Shown here piece by piece: positions 38,716 through 51,426 of a stretch of DNA of 64,000 nucleotides (position 1 is the first letter of the stretch; each line of letters opens with the position of its first letter). The notes below the pieces were generated by a model, which was given only the letters and a program-made list of their open reading frames with translations, made no database searches and was not told the origin of the DNA. Location: assembly GCA_013265495.1 (NCBI GenBank), contig MU058781.1, positions 11,203,009-11,267,008 on the forward strand, in the 5' to 3' direction. The stretch comes from Vicugna vicugna. Taxonomy: Eukaryota. The position numbers and the translations under genes are program-made.

Positions 38716-40124
38716 AAGGGGGAGGGTTAGAGCTTGAGGCTAATAGCCATGGTAACCAGCACAGGTATCAGGAAGAAGTAGTGTCATTCCAGTTTGTAGG
38801 CTCAGTATTCCAATCTCTCCTAAAGCTTTGCGTGCATGAATGGAACGCCCCAACACAGGGCCTTCCCTGACAAGTCCGTGCCCTGGTTGCCACCATCATT
38901 TCTCCACCACCAAAATGAGTGTCTCCTGGGAAAGGAAATGACCTTTCCTGGTCATTTAGATTGGGGGAGATAGAGTATCTCCCATCACCTCCTACTCTAA
39001 GGAGCCAACTTTGATTTTAAGATATTATGAAACCCAAAAGTAAGTCTACCTGGTGTAAAACCCAGCGCTAGGGTATTCATCAGTAAGAAATTACATTCAG
39101 AATCATGACCCAGATAAGCAAAGATTTATTTACTGTTGCAGAAAGAATCATGTAGTTTAGAAACATTCCCAGTGAGACAGGTTGAAACAAAGATGGGGTT
39201 TAGCTAACTTACCATCATCTAAGTCTGGAAGCCATTCCCTGCACTTTCTGTTAAACTTAAATAATGCCATTCTGTATTATAATCTGGATCCTATGAGACC
39301 TTTCCTTAGGCATTAGGGTCATATTAAAAATGTAGGCAGGCATCTCTACCAGTTTCAAAACTTCACTTCCATGTCTGTTAAGCCAGGGAGGGTCTATAAC
39401 ATTCCCAACCTTCCTGAAAAGGTGAAATTAAATTCTTCTAACATCACCAGAGATGATTCATACTGAACTCGGTTTCCCTTTGTGTTGGCAGAGGGAGTAG
39501 ATAGTACAGTGGCATATTCTATGACAAGCTAGGTTTTTAAAAGAGTAAAATGGTAACGTTTAATAAATTGCACAATGTATCATACAAGGTTTTAATCTGT
39601 TTAACTCTATCTCGCCCAATCTAAATGACTTTAATTTTTTATTAATTGGGCACATCATTCTTGGCAGTCATCTAGAGCCCATTCAAGCACATTACAGTAT
39701 GAAGTACGTGTCCATTTATTTTTTTAAAGCATAGAGATGAACTTTAATAAAAGTCTATTATCTTCACAAGCCAAAATCTTAAAACATTTTGACAGAAATT
39801 AAATCTTCATAAAAATTTTTTTAAATGCTGCCTTAAACAGCTTCTCAATACACCTGTAGTTAGTCCATAAATGTGTAGACTGCACCAATTAGCAGATGTC
39901 ACCGTACACCATGTGTCTTCTTCCAAAGTAGAGGATGTTAGTTCCAACACTTTGATTCTGAGAAATCAGACAGCTGTGTGGTGCAGTGATCTTTCATCCA
40001 CAGATGCTAACTTATATTGCTGCTTTCAAAAATTATAACTGAAAAAATTAATGTAGTGGCAAGTGGGTGCAAGCTTAGATTATAAGAACAGAGATGTGGT
40101 TAGATTCTTGATCTGTAAGCTAGT

Positions 40125-40568
40125 TGTAATGGTTAATTTTATGTGTCAACTTGACTGGGCCCAGCAGTGCTCAGATTAATCATGATTTCTGGGCATCTGT
40201 GAGGGTGTTTCCAGGTGAAATTAGCATTTGAAACAGTGAACTCAGTAAACTGTTTTCCCCACTTAGGTGGGTGTCATCCAATCTGCTGAGGGCCTGATTA
40301 GAAAAATAGGCAGAGGAGTTCTCCACCCCCCCCCTTTTTTTCTGCCTGTTTGAGCAGGATGTCACCTCTTATCTTCTGCCCTTAGGCTAGCATTTACACC
40401 ATTGGCTCCCCCGGTTCTCAGGCTACACCACTGGCTTTTCTGGGCCTCCAGCTTGCAGACAGCAGATCGTGGAACTTCTCAGCCTTCATAATAGTGGGGC
40501 CAAGTCCTCATAGTATGAATCTTTTTATCCTATCAGTTCTATTTCTCTGGAAAATCCTGACTACTGTA
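40125..40568 (+). mobile_element. MLT2 (ERVL) LTR
   Basis: tgtaatggttaattttatgtgtcaacttgactggg start; gttctatttctctggaaaatcctgacta end. Confidence 0.85.
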
Positions 40569-41067
40569 TGAGCTGTGTTTCTGATGCCTATGTTAGGAAT
40601 TCCTCGCATCACTGAACTCTTTCTGACAAGCATGTTATAAAATAGTTAATAGATAAATAAGCAATCATAGGAATAGTGCTCCCTCCTGTGGCCAAATCCT
40701 TCAAATTTTTCAAACATGGGAAAGCTATCTCTTGCAGACTCCAGGTGGATCATGGACCCAGACCCCAGAGAAGTTCACTTACCACTGTAGGTGCTAGGTG
40801 TAAACAGGAACATGATTTTCTTAGTGGGAATTTGGGTTTGGGAGAGTGGACACATATAAACCAGGACATTATGTTTAAGTCATAGAAGCATAAAGAAAAA
40901 TAAAATTTAAGTCACTGCTGGAGTCTGGTAACATTTGATTTTACCTTTTACTGTCTTTTAATGTCTACCATGTGTGAAGAATATGTCTGTCAAAACTGAA
41001 AAGGTTATATCTTCTAAAGGCAAAAATGGTCTTGGAGTTTATGGATTCTTCTTATTATTATAAAACA

Positions 41068-41286
41068 CAGTGGTTCTATCAGGAGCGATTTTGCCACCCG
41101 GGAGAGAGTGGTGGTATCTGGAGATGTGTTTGGTTGTCACAACTTGGGGAAGTGATGCTACTGGGATCTAGTGGGTAGAGGACAGGGATGTTGCTAAACA
41201 TTCTACAAGATACAGGACAGCCCTTACCCTCCAACCACAAATTATTTGGCCCAAAATGTCAATAGAGCTGAGGTTGAAAAACCCTG
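41068..41286 (+). mobile_element. MER20 hAT-Charlie MITE
   Basis: cagtggttct...tctggaga...ttggttgtcacaact...tctagtgggtagagg...caaaatgtcaatagagctgaggttgaaaaaccctg; 219 bp. Confidence 0.85.
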
Positions 41287-43179
41287 ATATAAGAGTATTC
41301 TATAATCCTTTTCATTCATTTGCAATACATAAACCTTAAACTTCAACTTCAACTTGTAAATAGTATTTATTAAATGCAAAACCAAATACATTTGGCTAAA
41401 ATTCCAGCAGTAAACTCAGAAATTCAAGAAGGATGATTCTTACGAACTCAGTCTGACTACATTCTTTGGATTATATATTTTGTCTTACAACGTGATAGAT
41501 TTACAATGTTTAGCCATTCTTTTTTTCAACATAGAAAATATATTTGGATATCTGGTTGCCATGAGATATAAATTCAGATATTATTCTCTCTTAGTGAAAG
41601 AGTGAAGTTTTTAAATTCACTCCAGGTGGGTCTGAAATGCTTTCTTTGGAAAAACATGCCTGCTAGCGGCAGGTGCACTGAGAGCAGGAGAAAAGAGAGA
41701 AAAAAGATTGTTACATAGTCATCCTCCGGCAATCAAGGGAAAATAATTCTTTTAGGACCAGGATTCCCAGTCTGGGATCCCTGAATCCTTAGGCTCTATG
41801 AAAATAAGAAGAGTCTGAAAATGTTTTTCAACATTTAAAAAATGTTCTAAGAACAACTGAACATTTATCTACGTGAAAATTTATTAGACTCACTAAAATG
41901 AAAATCTCAGTGTGTAGACACTACATGTAAGTTCATTTCATCTTATGTAATACTGTAGGAATTTCCACATTCTTTGGGACAAAATAATTCAAGGAGTGCT
42001 TTGTAATTAAACAAAAAGAAACTACTGCCCTGAGGAAACCTAGCCATTGAAATAATAATAATAAGTAAGTATGGAGAAGCATAATCATCATACAATACAG
42101 GACAGAATTTTTTCCACCAGTTTTCTGTTTGCAATGCTTAGCACAGTGCTTGGTATAAAATGATAAACTCAAATACTCTGGCTTAAGCCAGAACTTTAAA
42201 AAGGAGTAGAACCTCCTCAATTTCAGAATGGTGGTGAGGACAGGAAGAAAGCCCCCAGGGACTCCTAAACCCACCTGGGAGAACCCTCCACTCACATCAA
42301 CCCTGAAGCTCTGTATTTGTTTTTATTAAGGAGACCCCTGAGTTGTTACCTTATGGAGCTTAGTGAAAATTACAGCTATAGTAACTTCTAGTCCCTCACC
42401 TTCCCTACTCCATTGCCACAGTCAAAAGCAGCGGGCTTTCAAGATAACTCCACTATTTCATTTGGGGGGACTACTGTTTAGGCCAGTACGTGCTAAGAAC
42501 AAAGGATCCACCCTCCTCAGTCTCCTTTGCTGGTTCCTCCCCTCCCCCTCCGGTGTTGATTGGTGTGTCTTGGAGACTGTAATCTGGACCCTTTTCTCCC
42601 CTCCTTCTCACGCTCCCTGAGGCAATTTCCTGCATTCTGATAGCCTTACTTATCTCTATGCTAAAACCCCCACATTAATCCATTTAGCTTCGACTTTCTT
42701 CCCAGCTCCAGGTCAATGTATTTAGGTGTTTATTAAGTTGGATATTTTCTTGGCAATCTCAAACTCAACAGGTCCAAAATAGAATTCTCAGTCTTTCGCC
42801 CAAAATACCACTTCAGGTTTCCCTAACTCAGTACACAGCACCATAATTCACCATTTGACTTTCCAGAGCCAAATACAGTGCCTGGACATATTTGTTGAAG
42901 GGATAAAGAATGATCAGAATATATAATTACTTTCAATAAATACTTCTGGTTCATTCTTACTGTGTTTCTCTGCCCCAGCAGAGTCAGAAACAGCAGCCAG
43001 AGAGTAAGAAAGACAGTGGAACAAGCGTGGGGGGAGCTGGCTGGAATCTCTACCCATATCCAAAATTGCTATTTGGGACCAAGTTTTTCCTTTGAATGAA
43101 GATTGAAGTGGTGATTAGTATACTGGGTCGAACACTGCAAATTACTGAATTGAAGTTAATATATTGAGTGGATGTTTTA

Positions 43180-43542
43180 TTTTATTTTTATTGAGGTATT
43201 TCCAATAGTATATTAGTTTCAGGTGCACAACACAGTAATTCAAAATTTATATAGATTATATTCCACTTATGGTTATTATAAAGTAGTTGCCATATTCCCA
43301 GTGCTGTATCCTGGTAGCTTATTTATTTTACACAGAACTGTTGGAACTTCTTAACCCTCTACTCCTATCTTGCCCCTCTCCTCTTCCCTTTCCCCACTGG
43401 GAATCACTAATTTGTTCTCTGTAGCTATGCCTCTGTTTCTCTTTTGCATATTCATTGGTTAATTTTTTTCAATTCTACTTATAAATGATAACATACAGTA
43501 TTTGTCTTTCTCTGTCCGACTTATTGCACTAAACATAATAGG
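43180..43542 (-). mobile_element. 5'-truncated L1 3' end with a perfect 14-bp TSD
   Basis: GAGTGGATGTTTTA at 43166-43179 and 43543-43556; T-rich tail on the left; ttagtttcaggtgcacaacacagtaattca L1 3' UTR. Confidence 0.9.
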
Positions 43543-44059
43543 GAGTGGATGTTTTAAATTGCTGAATTGAGACTAGAGTGAGCATAGGACTGAGAGACCA
43601 GAAAAGTCACAGAACCTGTTCAAGGTTTCAAGAGGCAAGAAAAAGACTAGCCCCACTCAGCAGGATTAAAGAGACAAAAATAAAGTGGCTTCTATGATTA
43701 CATCCCATGAGCACAGCATGCTCCAAGTACTATCATAGTGGTTTCAGCAATCAGTTACATAAACTGGGTTGGGTAGAGAAGAGAGAACAGCCAGGAGAAT
43801 GTAATTGTTGTTTGTGTATGGCCTCCAGGAAGCTATGGTCAGAGAGTGAATTATTGGTATAAAATTGCTGAGGTGAAAAAATTCCGGGAGAGAACACAAT
43901 CCAGAGTGAGAGGCTAGGATTAGGTAACTGAGCCACTTTGGAGCATAAGAGGTAAGTAAAGAGATTAAGGGATTATTAAAACCAAATTGTTACGGAGGTG
44001 CAGAAATCTGGGATCCTTTCACGGCTTGAGATGAAAAGGAAGATGATCCAGATCCCATT

Positions 44060-44940
44060 CCCTACCACCCTATGAAAACTGCTCCTATCAAGATCACCAG
44101 TAAGCTCCATAGTGTCACCTCCAACATAGACAATTCTGATTTATCATCTTACCTATCAGTAGCACTTAACATAATTGATCACTTCCTCATTCCTGAAACA
44201 CTTTCTTCCCTTGGCTTCAAGGATCCCACCCTCTCTAATTTTACTCTTCCTTCCTGGCCACACCTTCTCATATTCTTCTGTTGGTCTATCCCCTCTTCTT
44301 AACCATGAAATGTTGGAGGTTCCAGTTGAATCACAGGAACTTTTCTCTCTGCTGTCTTATTTCCTAAGAGATCTTACCCAATCACATGGCTTTAAATTTT
44401 TCTATATAGACTCAAAAATATATATATATATATATATATTTAGCTCCAAATTCTCCCCCAAATTCCAGACTGCCTACTTGGTATCTATGATTAGATATCT
44501 AACAGAGCTGTCAAATTTAACATGTCCATCCAGAACCAAATGCCAAGCCATAACCTATTTTCCATCTAAACTTGCTCCTCTCCAAAATTCCCTGTCTCAG
44601 TAAATATCACTCATGATTGCCCAGCTGTTTAGGCCAAACATTTTGGAGTCAGCTTCCATGTTCTTTACTTACGTCCTATCTGCAAATCTTGTCAACTCAT
44701 CCTTCAGTATATAGCACCAAATCTATCCAGTCTCCCCTTCTCCACCACCTCCATCTTAACCCAAACCAACATCCCCATCTCTCGGTTCCCACATTTACCT
44801 TTCTGTAATCTTCTCCCCATACAGCCAGAGCCATCTGTTTAAACATAAATCAGGTTTACCTCTCTGCTCAAAGTCCCCCCAATAACTCCCACCCTCCTCA
44901 GGTTAAATTCCAAATCCTTGACATGAGTTATAAGGCCATG
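44060..44940 (+). mobile_element. L2 fragment with internal (TA)n
   Basis: tgaaaactgctcctatcaagatcaccagtaagctcc...ttgatcacttcctcattcctgaaacactttcttcccttggcttc. Confidence 0.75.
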
Positions 44941-45383
44941 TGTGTGGACATGTCCCAGAGTTTTTCTAAGGCTTTGTAAAGGATCATCTTAAACAAAGCT
45001 GTCTCATTGCACTCAGGGCTAAATTTTTAAAAAGAGTTATCACATATTGTTTCCAAGAAATGTCTCTGAAGGCATGCGATGTTTTTGAAAAATGTGCTTC
45101 ATCGTTGAAGCCCTTAGTTAAATGAAAAATCTTCCAGTCATGTTCTCTATACCCAGGGCTCTTTCCAGACTTCAGACCTCACCCCACCACACACACAAAT
45201 ACCCCTGTCAATCCACCCTCAGTTCCAATACCCTACAGGGGAAAAAAAAGTTCTCTCGTGTTTCTTTGGCTCTGTGTTCATACATAGTTATTGAATGGAA
45301 ATCTGTGAAACTCACATCTGCCTTGCATTACTGCCTTGGAAAGGACAAGTTTATTAACTGACACTTCAAAAATATGCCTATCT

Positions 45384-45548
45384 ACTGTATTTAATCAATT
45401 CTAAGCCTCACTTTTTTCATATTTTAAAGACTGAAATTGGGATGACTCCTAAATGGTATAATTAGCAGTTTATCACCGAATTTTCTTTCTTGGTGGTATA
45501 TAAAATAATGGCACCTTGAAATTGATCGTTTTATTTGATTAAACACGT
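45384..45548 (+). mobile_element. MER104-like TcMar-Tc2 MITE
   Basis: ctgtatttaatcaattctaag ... taaaataatggcacctt ... tttgattaaacacg; imperfect terminal inverted repeats. Confidence 0.65.
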
Positions 45549-45794
45549 AATGTAAAACCTGTGTTTACATTCACCAAATCTTCACTAGCAAAAACTTAAT
45601 ATTATCAGTCCATATGACAGTTAATTATTTTTGCTACGTTAAACTTAAATATAGTTTGAGTTGGAAATGGGCATAACTTCCTCACTTCCAAATCACAAGT
45701 ACAAAAATGCTCCAGAAACTGCAAAGCATTATACACATGTTAGGTGTTTTCTCACATTTAACGATTACTAGTTAATAGAAATAATAGACAACCT

Positions 45795-46600
45795 ACGTGC
45801 TAACCCGACCACTCCAAGGGCTCAAGGGTCGAATCTAGGTTAAATAGCTCGCCTCGCGCAGGTAATCGCGCCCCACCCGCCCGGAAGCCAGTCCCTACAC
45901 AATTTACAGGCGCTGGCGCAGGTGCAGGAGGTAAACTCCGATTGGCCAAGGGAAGCGAGAAGCGCACCCAAAGGCATTTTCTGAGCATGCGCGAGAGATT
46001 ACACGCCTGCGCGGTCCGCCCCGCGCATGCCCAGTACACAGCGGCTGCACCTTGGGCGGCCGCGCAGGGTCGCGCAGTGCCGGCCGCTCAGCCACCGTCC
46101 GGCATGAGGGGCAGGGATCTCGCAGCTGCCTCCTCTTCGCTGCAGCTCCATGGAATGCCTGCGGGGCCTGGCCCAGCTCCTGCCCCGACGCAGCCTGTGC
46201 TCTCTGGCCTTGGGCCTGACTCCTGCGGTGTCCCAGGTTGCCTCCTGCGGTCGCGCCGCCCAGCTGCTCGGAAGGAGGCGGGCCGCTCCGCTCTGCGGGC
46301 CCCGGCGGCTCCGCGTGGCAGGTACTGCTCTCCCCACCCGCCAGTCCCGGACGCCGGCCTTGTGGTGACCCCAGGGCCCGGACCCGAACGCCTGACCCCA
46401 CATGGTTGTGGCTGCCCGCCCCACGTCCTACTCCGGCGTCGGCCTCCTGGCCCGCCCTTGAGCGCCCCAGTGTTCTGTCACCTTGCATAGGCCCGCGGGC
46501 TGGGCTGCGTCCCACCAGCCCCGGACGCCACTGAGCATCGCGCCCAGTGTCCTGTCCTCCCCAGCGTCTCTCTGCAAATCTCCCGCCTCAGTGCGCTTGT
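45795..46600 (+). promoter_or_regulatory. MRS2: MRS2 CpG-island promoter
   Basis: CpG-dense; ETS/GABP-type CCGGAAG at 45881, reverse CCAAT (ATTGG) at 45941, NRF1-like GAGCATGCGC at 45983 and GCGCATGCCC at 46023, as is typical of nuclear-encoded mitochondrial genes. Confidence 0.85.
46150..46321 (+). CDS. MRS2: MRS2 exon 1 (mitochondrial targeting peptide)
   Basis: MECLRGLAQLLPRRSLCSLALG...LCGPRRLRVA(G); Arg-rich presequence; donor CAG|GTACTG; 172 nt. Confidence 0.95.
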
Positions 46601-46858
46601 AAGAAGGATTTTTTTAAAACAAGTTTCACTTTTACCCATCATAATAGTGCTGAAGCCAGAATTGGGCTACATGCGTGAAATATTTTTGTAAGGATTCAGT
46701 TCTCTTATGGACACATTTATACAGTTGTCCAGTTGCTCGGGTAAGGGTTGGAGGCGCATCTAGAAGTGAGGCTGAAGTCTTTGAGACTTAATGGGGAACA
46801 TTGCTCCTGAGAAAGTTCAGACTTTGTTTTCAAGTACCGTGTAAATCAGACAGCCAAA

Positions 46859-46862
<4 letters not shown>

Positions 46863-46896
<34 letters not shown>
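46863..46896. repeat. (GT)17 microsatellite in MRS2 intron 1
   Basis: Directly visible. Confidence 0.95.
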
Positions 46897-46897
<1 letters not shown>

Positions 46898-47561
46898 TCT
46901 GTGTCTGTGTCGGGGTTGGGGGAGAGCCGGGAGAAGGGGGTAGCTGAGTTATTTATTTTTAAACCAAACGATAAACCATGATGGTGAGAATATGGGTGCT
47001 AATATTGCCCAGAAACGAAAGACATTAAAGTGTATGGTTTCTCAAGAGTACCGCACTGTCATCAAATAAGTTATCTGGGTTGTATTTTCAAAATGCTTCC
47101 AAAGTAACTCACTGTTACCACCTCCTGCCCCTAACTCATTCGGAGAGTCTTTCCGAATTCGGTTACATTTCATATTCCCTTCTTTGATAAATGCTTGGGA
47201 ACCTGGTTTCAGCCCATCAATTGTTTCAGGACAAACATTGAAATTCAGGATCTCCGTCCTGGTAACACTTGATTTAATTTGTGACTGATTAGCAAATGCT
47301 GGTTTATAGCTCTTTATAGCGCTTTAACCTTTATTCAGCTGACCCTGATAATGATTTATATTTTGTAAAAGGCAACCAACAAACCTCAGATGGTAACCAA
47401 TTACATGTCTTTAAATGTGTGTAATAAATAGGAAGGAATAAGATCTGAAAAAAAAACTAGTAAGACAGTCTGAACACCTCCACGTACTGTGAAAGTTGTA
47501 TCTTAGCTCTGTGTGAAAACCAGTCATATGATCACAAGGAATTCTCTAATTCTTTCTTCAG

Positions 47562-47635
47562 GTGAAACTCACCGGTTTAGAACTTCTGATGTCTCTCAAG
47601 CCACCTTAGCCAGTGTAGCCCCAGTGTTTACTGTG
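47562..47635 (+). CDS. MRS2: MRS2 exon 2
   Basis: ttcag|GTGAAACT...ACTGTG|gtgagt; (G)ETHRFRTSDVSQATLASVAPVFTV; 74 nt, in frame. Confidence 0.96.
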
Positions 47636-48269
47636 GTGAGTATGTATGGTCTGTTTGATGACTTACAGAAAATATTTCCCGTACTTTTTAAGTTAACTGG
47701 GTTGGACTGGTCGGCCAAGACGTTACTTACACCGTTTTATAATGAATCATTTAAAAGTCACTGTCTGTTTTGCTTGAGTTGCCAGCTAGATTTGCTTCAC
47801 AGCACTCTTGAAACGTTGCTAATGATTGTGGAGCTTCTCTTGATACCAGAACAGGGGATTCAGATCACAGTTGAGAGCTGCTGCTTTGAATACTTGTGAT
47901 TTCCCCAGAAACCTATAGAAGGCCTTGAAGGCTGCTAGCCGCCAAGGGGCTTGGACCTGTGCTATGCATCATGCAGCAGAAGCATTTTGAAGGCAGTGCA
48001 GTATAACGCTTAAGGGTGCGTGCTTTGAAGGGTCGTGATCTCTGCAACTTTCCCTAAAGCGGTTCAGAAAGAAAATAAATGAATGAAATAGCAGGAACAA
48101 TGTGTATCACACACGTATTTAGAGAAAAAAATAAGGCCATTGGGGCAAATGTTAAAAGAGTGACTAGATAGTTACATGGGAATTGGTTGTAATATTCTTC
48201 ATTTTTGTAAGCTTTTAGGTTTTTTTTTTTTAAATTTAATTGTTAAAAATGTGCTTGCTCTCAGCCAGA

Positions 48270-48490
48270 GTTCCTAAATTCCGATCTCAGCTCTGTCTCT
48301 TACTAACTGGAAGGGCTTGGACAAGTTATGATAACATTTTTGTGCCTTAGTTTTCTTATCTATAAACTGGGGTAATAGTACCTGCCTTATAGAATTGTGA
48401 GGTTTAAGTAACGTATGTAAAACCTCTAAAATACTAACTCACACGTGGTAGGCAGTCACTATATATTAGCCATTTTATCATCATTATTAC
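48270..48490 (+). mobile_element. MIR SINE
   Basis: ctcagctctgtctcttactaactg...ttggacaagtt...tgtgccttagttttcttatctataaactggggtaatagtacct. Confidence 0.75.
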
Positions 48491-50170
48491 TTAGGCTTAT
48501 TAACATAAGAATTTTTCTTTGTAAGCCATACAGAACAAGATAACCCCCAGAATTACATGTGAAAGTTGTCACTGTTATTCACTGTTCTGGGGGAGTTAGC
48601 CAGTTTAATTAAACAAGAATACAGTATCAGGTGTTAAATATGAAAAGAAGGTTCTCTGCAGGTGAAATCATTGTCTACCAAGAGCACTTAAGAAAATCAA
48701 TTGATGCTGTTTGAAATAATGTGAATTACATTACAGGGTAAACAGTTTTTTTTTAAATCATAGTTTGTATGATTTTTTAATTAGAAAAAAATTCCATTAA
48801 AGGAAAAAAATGATATATATTGAAATGCAAAAATATTCAAAAATATATTGTTAAGGTGAAAGTGGAGGAGAGACTATAAAGAAGCATGTGTAACATGAAT
48901 ATTTAATTGGAAAAAGTCTGGAAAGACATTCAGTAAAGTATTAGCATGGTTTTCTCTAAATTTGTCATTTCGGGTGACCAGAGTTTTATTTTACTTTATT
49001 GTTGAGTTTTCTGCAGCAGGTATGTGTATTTGTGAAAAAAGTTTAAGAAGGAAAGCTAGTCTGTGTTATACAAAGCATAAAACTTCCCTTGATGGAAATT
49101 TCCCTTTAACTCTGTTTTATGGTACTCAAATATTCTTACCTTTGCTCACGAGCAGCAAGGTGAAGTGTATATTCTCGGGTTTTATTGTGTTATTATTAAT
49201 GCCACATGCATTTGTTTCCATGGTAATAACCCAGGACTTAGATTGTACCTAAACTATATGTTAGAGTATGTCTTTCTGAAAATGCATATTTAAAAGTAAT
49301 AAATACAGCCCAGCACATAGTGATTCATTAAATATTATTTGACATCTTCAAACTTGATTGTGCACAAGTATTACAGAAAAATGTTCCTCTCTGCTTTTCA
49401 AGAAATAAGCACGATTACTGCATCATGTCCTCTCTTCAGACTATCGGAAGAGGCCTTTTCTGTAAATACTGATTCTGCAGTGCCCACCAGAGAGACTTCA
49501 TAGCCTCCCGTGGATACTTATATTCACAAGATAAGCCACACTGGGTCCCATCTATTCAGAAGGATAAAGGGTAGGAAATGCAGAAGGGCAGCATTGGGTG
49601 TTTTCTCTTAAAAAGAACTTCTTACAGCCATCTAGAGGCTTCTCAGTGACAGCTCAGGAACAAGGAGAGGGTATTCTCAAAGGTAGGTGTGAGGTCCACC
49701 TGGCTTGGAATCTCCATGCCCTCTAGTGACAGCATCTCTTGTAACCATCTCAGAGGCATATCCAGGGCTCCCACGAGGAGCATAGTTACGGGAGGTGCCA
49801 CACAAAGGGAAGGACAGAACTGTGGCTTCCCACCAGGTGTCTGTGATCTGCTCTTCATCTTCCCAGCCCAGTGCAGTCTGCCTACCAGTCGCTAGGCATT
49901 TTTACTGTAAGCGATGTTGCCTAGTAACGCAACTGGTACTCCTTTGTCAGATCTCCAGAGGAGCTGAGAGAGAAAGTTAATCCAAGGTCACATGGCCCAG
50001 CAAAGAAAAAGGAGGTCATTTTAACCCTAACTCATAACTAAATTTAACCTAAAGAAGGGCAATTATGGCTTTTTTCTGCATTTCAGAATTTGGGAGATAT
50101 TATCATAATACCATAAATAGTATACTAATTTGGGAGGAAATAATATTTTGTTTTTATTGTCTCTTTTCAG

Positions 50171-50207
50171 ACAAAATTTGACAAAGAGGGAAAGGTTACT
50201 TCTTTTG
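50171..50207 (+). CDS. MRS2: MRS2 exon 3
   Basis: ttttcag|ACAAAATTT...TCTTTTG|gtgagt; TKFDKEGKVTSF(E); 37 nt. Confidence 0.94.
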
Positions 50208-51313
50208 GTGAGTATCTTTAATTTTCTTTTAAATTACTCTTTTAATCAGTGAATGAACTTGATGGAAGTCAAGAAAATAAGTGTTTGGAGTAGACTATTC
50301 TTTGCATATATGAATGTGTTGGAGATATTTCTTCAGCATTTGCCAATCAGTCCTAATTGGAACTGACAATATCTGAACTATACTGGAGTTTTGGGGGGTG
50401 TTTTGGGGTTTTTTTGTTTGTTTGTTTTTTGGTCAAGAGCTACTTTCACTCTAACAATGTTAAAGGAAGCATGTAGGCTGCTGTGCAGCTGAGAGAGAAA
50501 CACTCTTTTCCCTTTTCTCTTCTTAGTCTCCCTTTCACTGCCCTGGTCCTCAAGTTCATCTTCTGCTGTAGCATGCTGAGGGTGGAATCACATAACACGG
50601 CTGACACTGCAGTGGGGGACGGCAGACAGGAGGGGAGGGGCACTGGATGGTGCTAGGGTGGACCTCTGCCAACAGCAGTTACTTTCCAGATGAAACTAAG
50701 CATTACTTTACTATCTGACGTCAGGTGCAGGTTTCGGGTCTCCCATGTACTTCCCACCCCATGATCCTGTTCCTGCTGTTGCTGAGAGCTCAGTGGAGTA
50801 TTTTGGGTGTTTTTGGCTCAGTATCCCCTTCAAAACATTGCTCTACTTAAAGCTTTGTCATAGATGTGGTGTTTAATACTACGCTAATATAACCAGCATC
50901 ATTTCTTGAGTTTTATTTCAGGTAGGAGAGTCTAGTGTGAGAACTTCCTTTATTTTCTCATTTTGTACTAGTCCAAGAACAAAGAAAATTGAACTTACCT
51001 ATTCATAGTTTTAAATTGCTAAAGATAATGTAGTGAGGAAAAATAGAAATTGTAATTCTGTATAATCAATATTTTTTAAAAACATGAATCTAAAGCCAGA
51101 AATTGCTAAAATGCAGAAAAGAGGAGAAAAGAATAGAGTTTGACCAGCTTTAGCCTGAGTGTGTTTTAGAGGTGGAAATGGGTATTAAAAAGATCCAATT
51201 TAGCTTTGGTTTCTGGTAGTAATACAAGATTATCTTAATGCTGGTGGGAAGGGTACTCTGATACAAAAATCTGTGCTCTTCAGTCTTTTTATTGAATGTA
51301 ATTTTTTTTATAG

Positions 51314-51426
51314 AAAGGAAGAAAACTGATTTATATCAAGAATTAGGTCTTCAAGCCAGAGATTTGAGGTTTCAGCATTTAATGAGCATCACAACCAGAA
51401 ACAATAGGATTATCATGAGAATGGAG
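51314..51426 (+). CDS. MRS2: MRS2 exon 4
   Basis: tatag|AAAGGAAG...ATGGAG|gtaaag; RKKTDLYQELGLQARDLRFQHLMSITTRNNRIIMRME; 113 nt. Confidence 0.96.

Noticed and set aside
45904..46534. Several long ORFs (203, 182, 141 and 98 aa) on both strands
   Set aside because: Expected stop-codon depletion in a GC-rich CpG island; low-complexity Arg/Pro/Gly/Ala peptides. Only the 46150 frame splices into MRS2.
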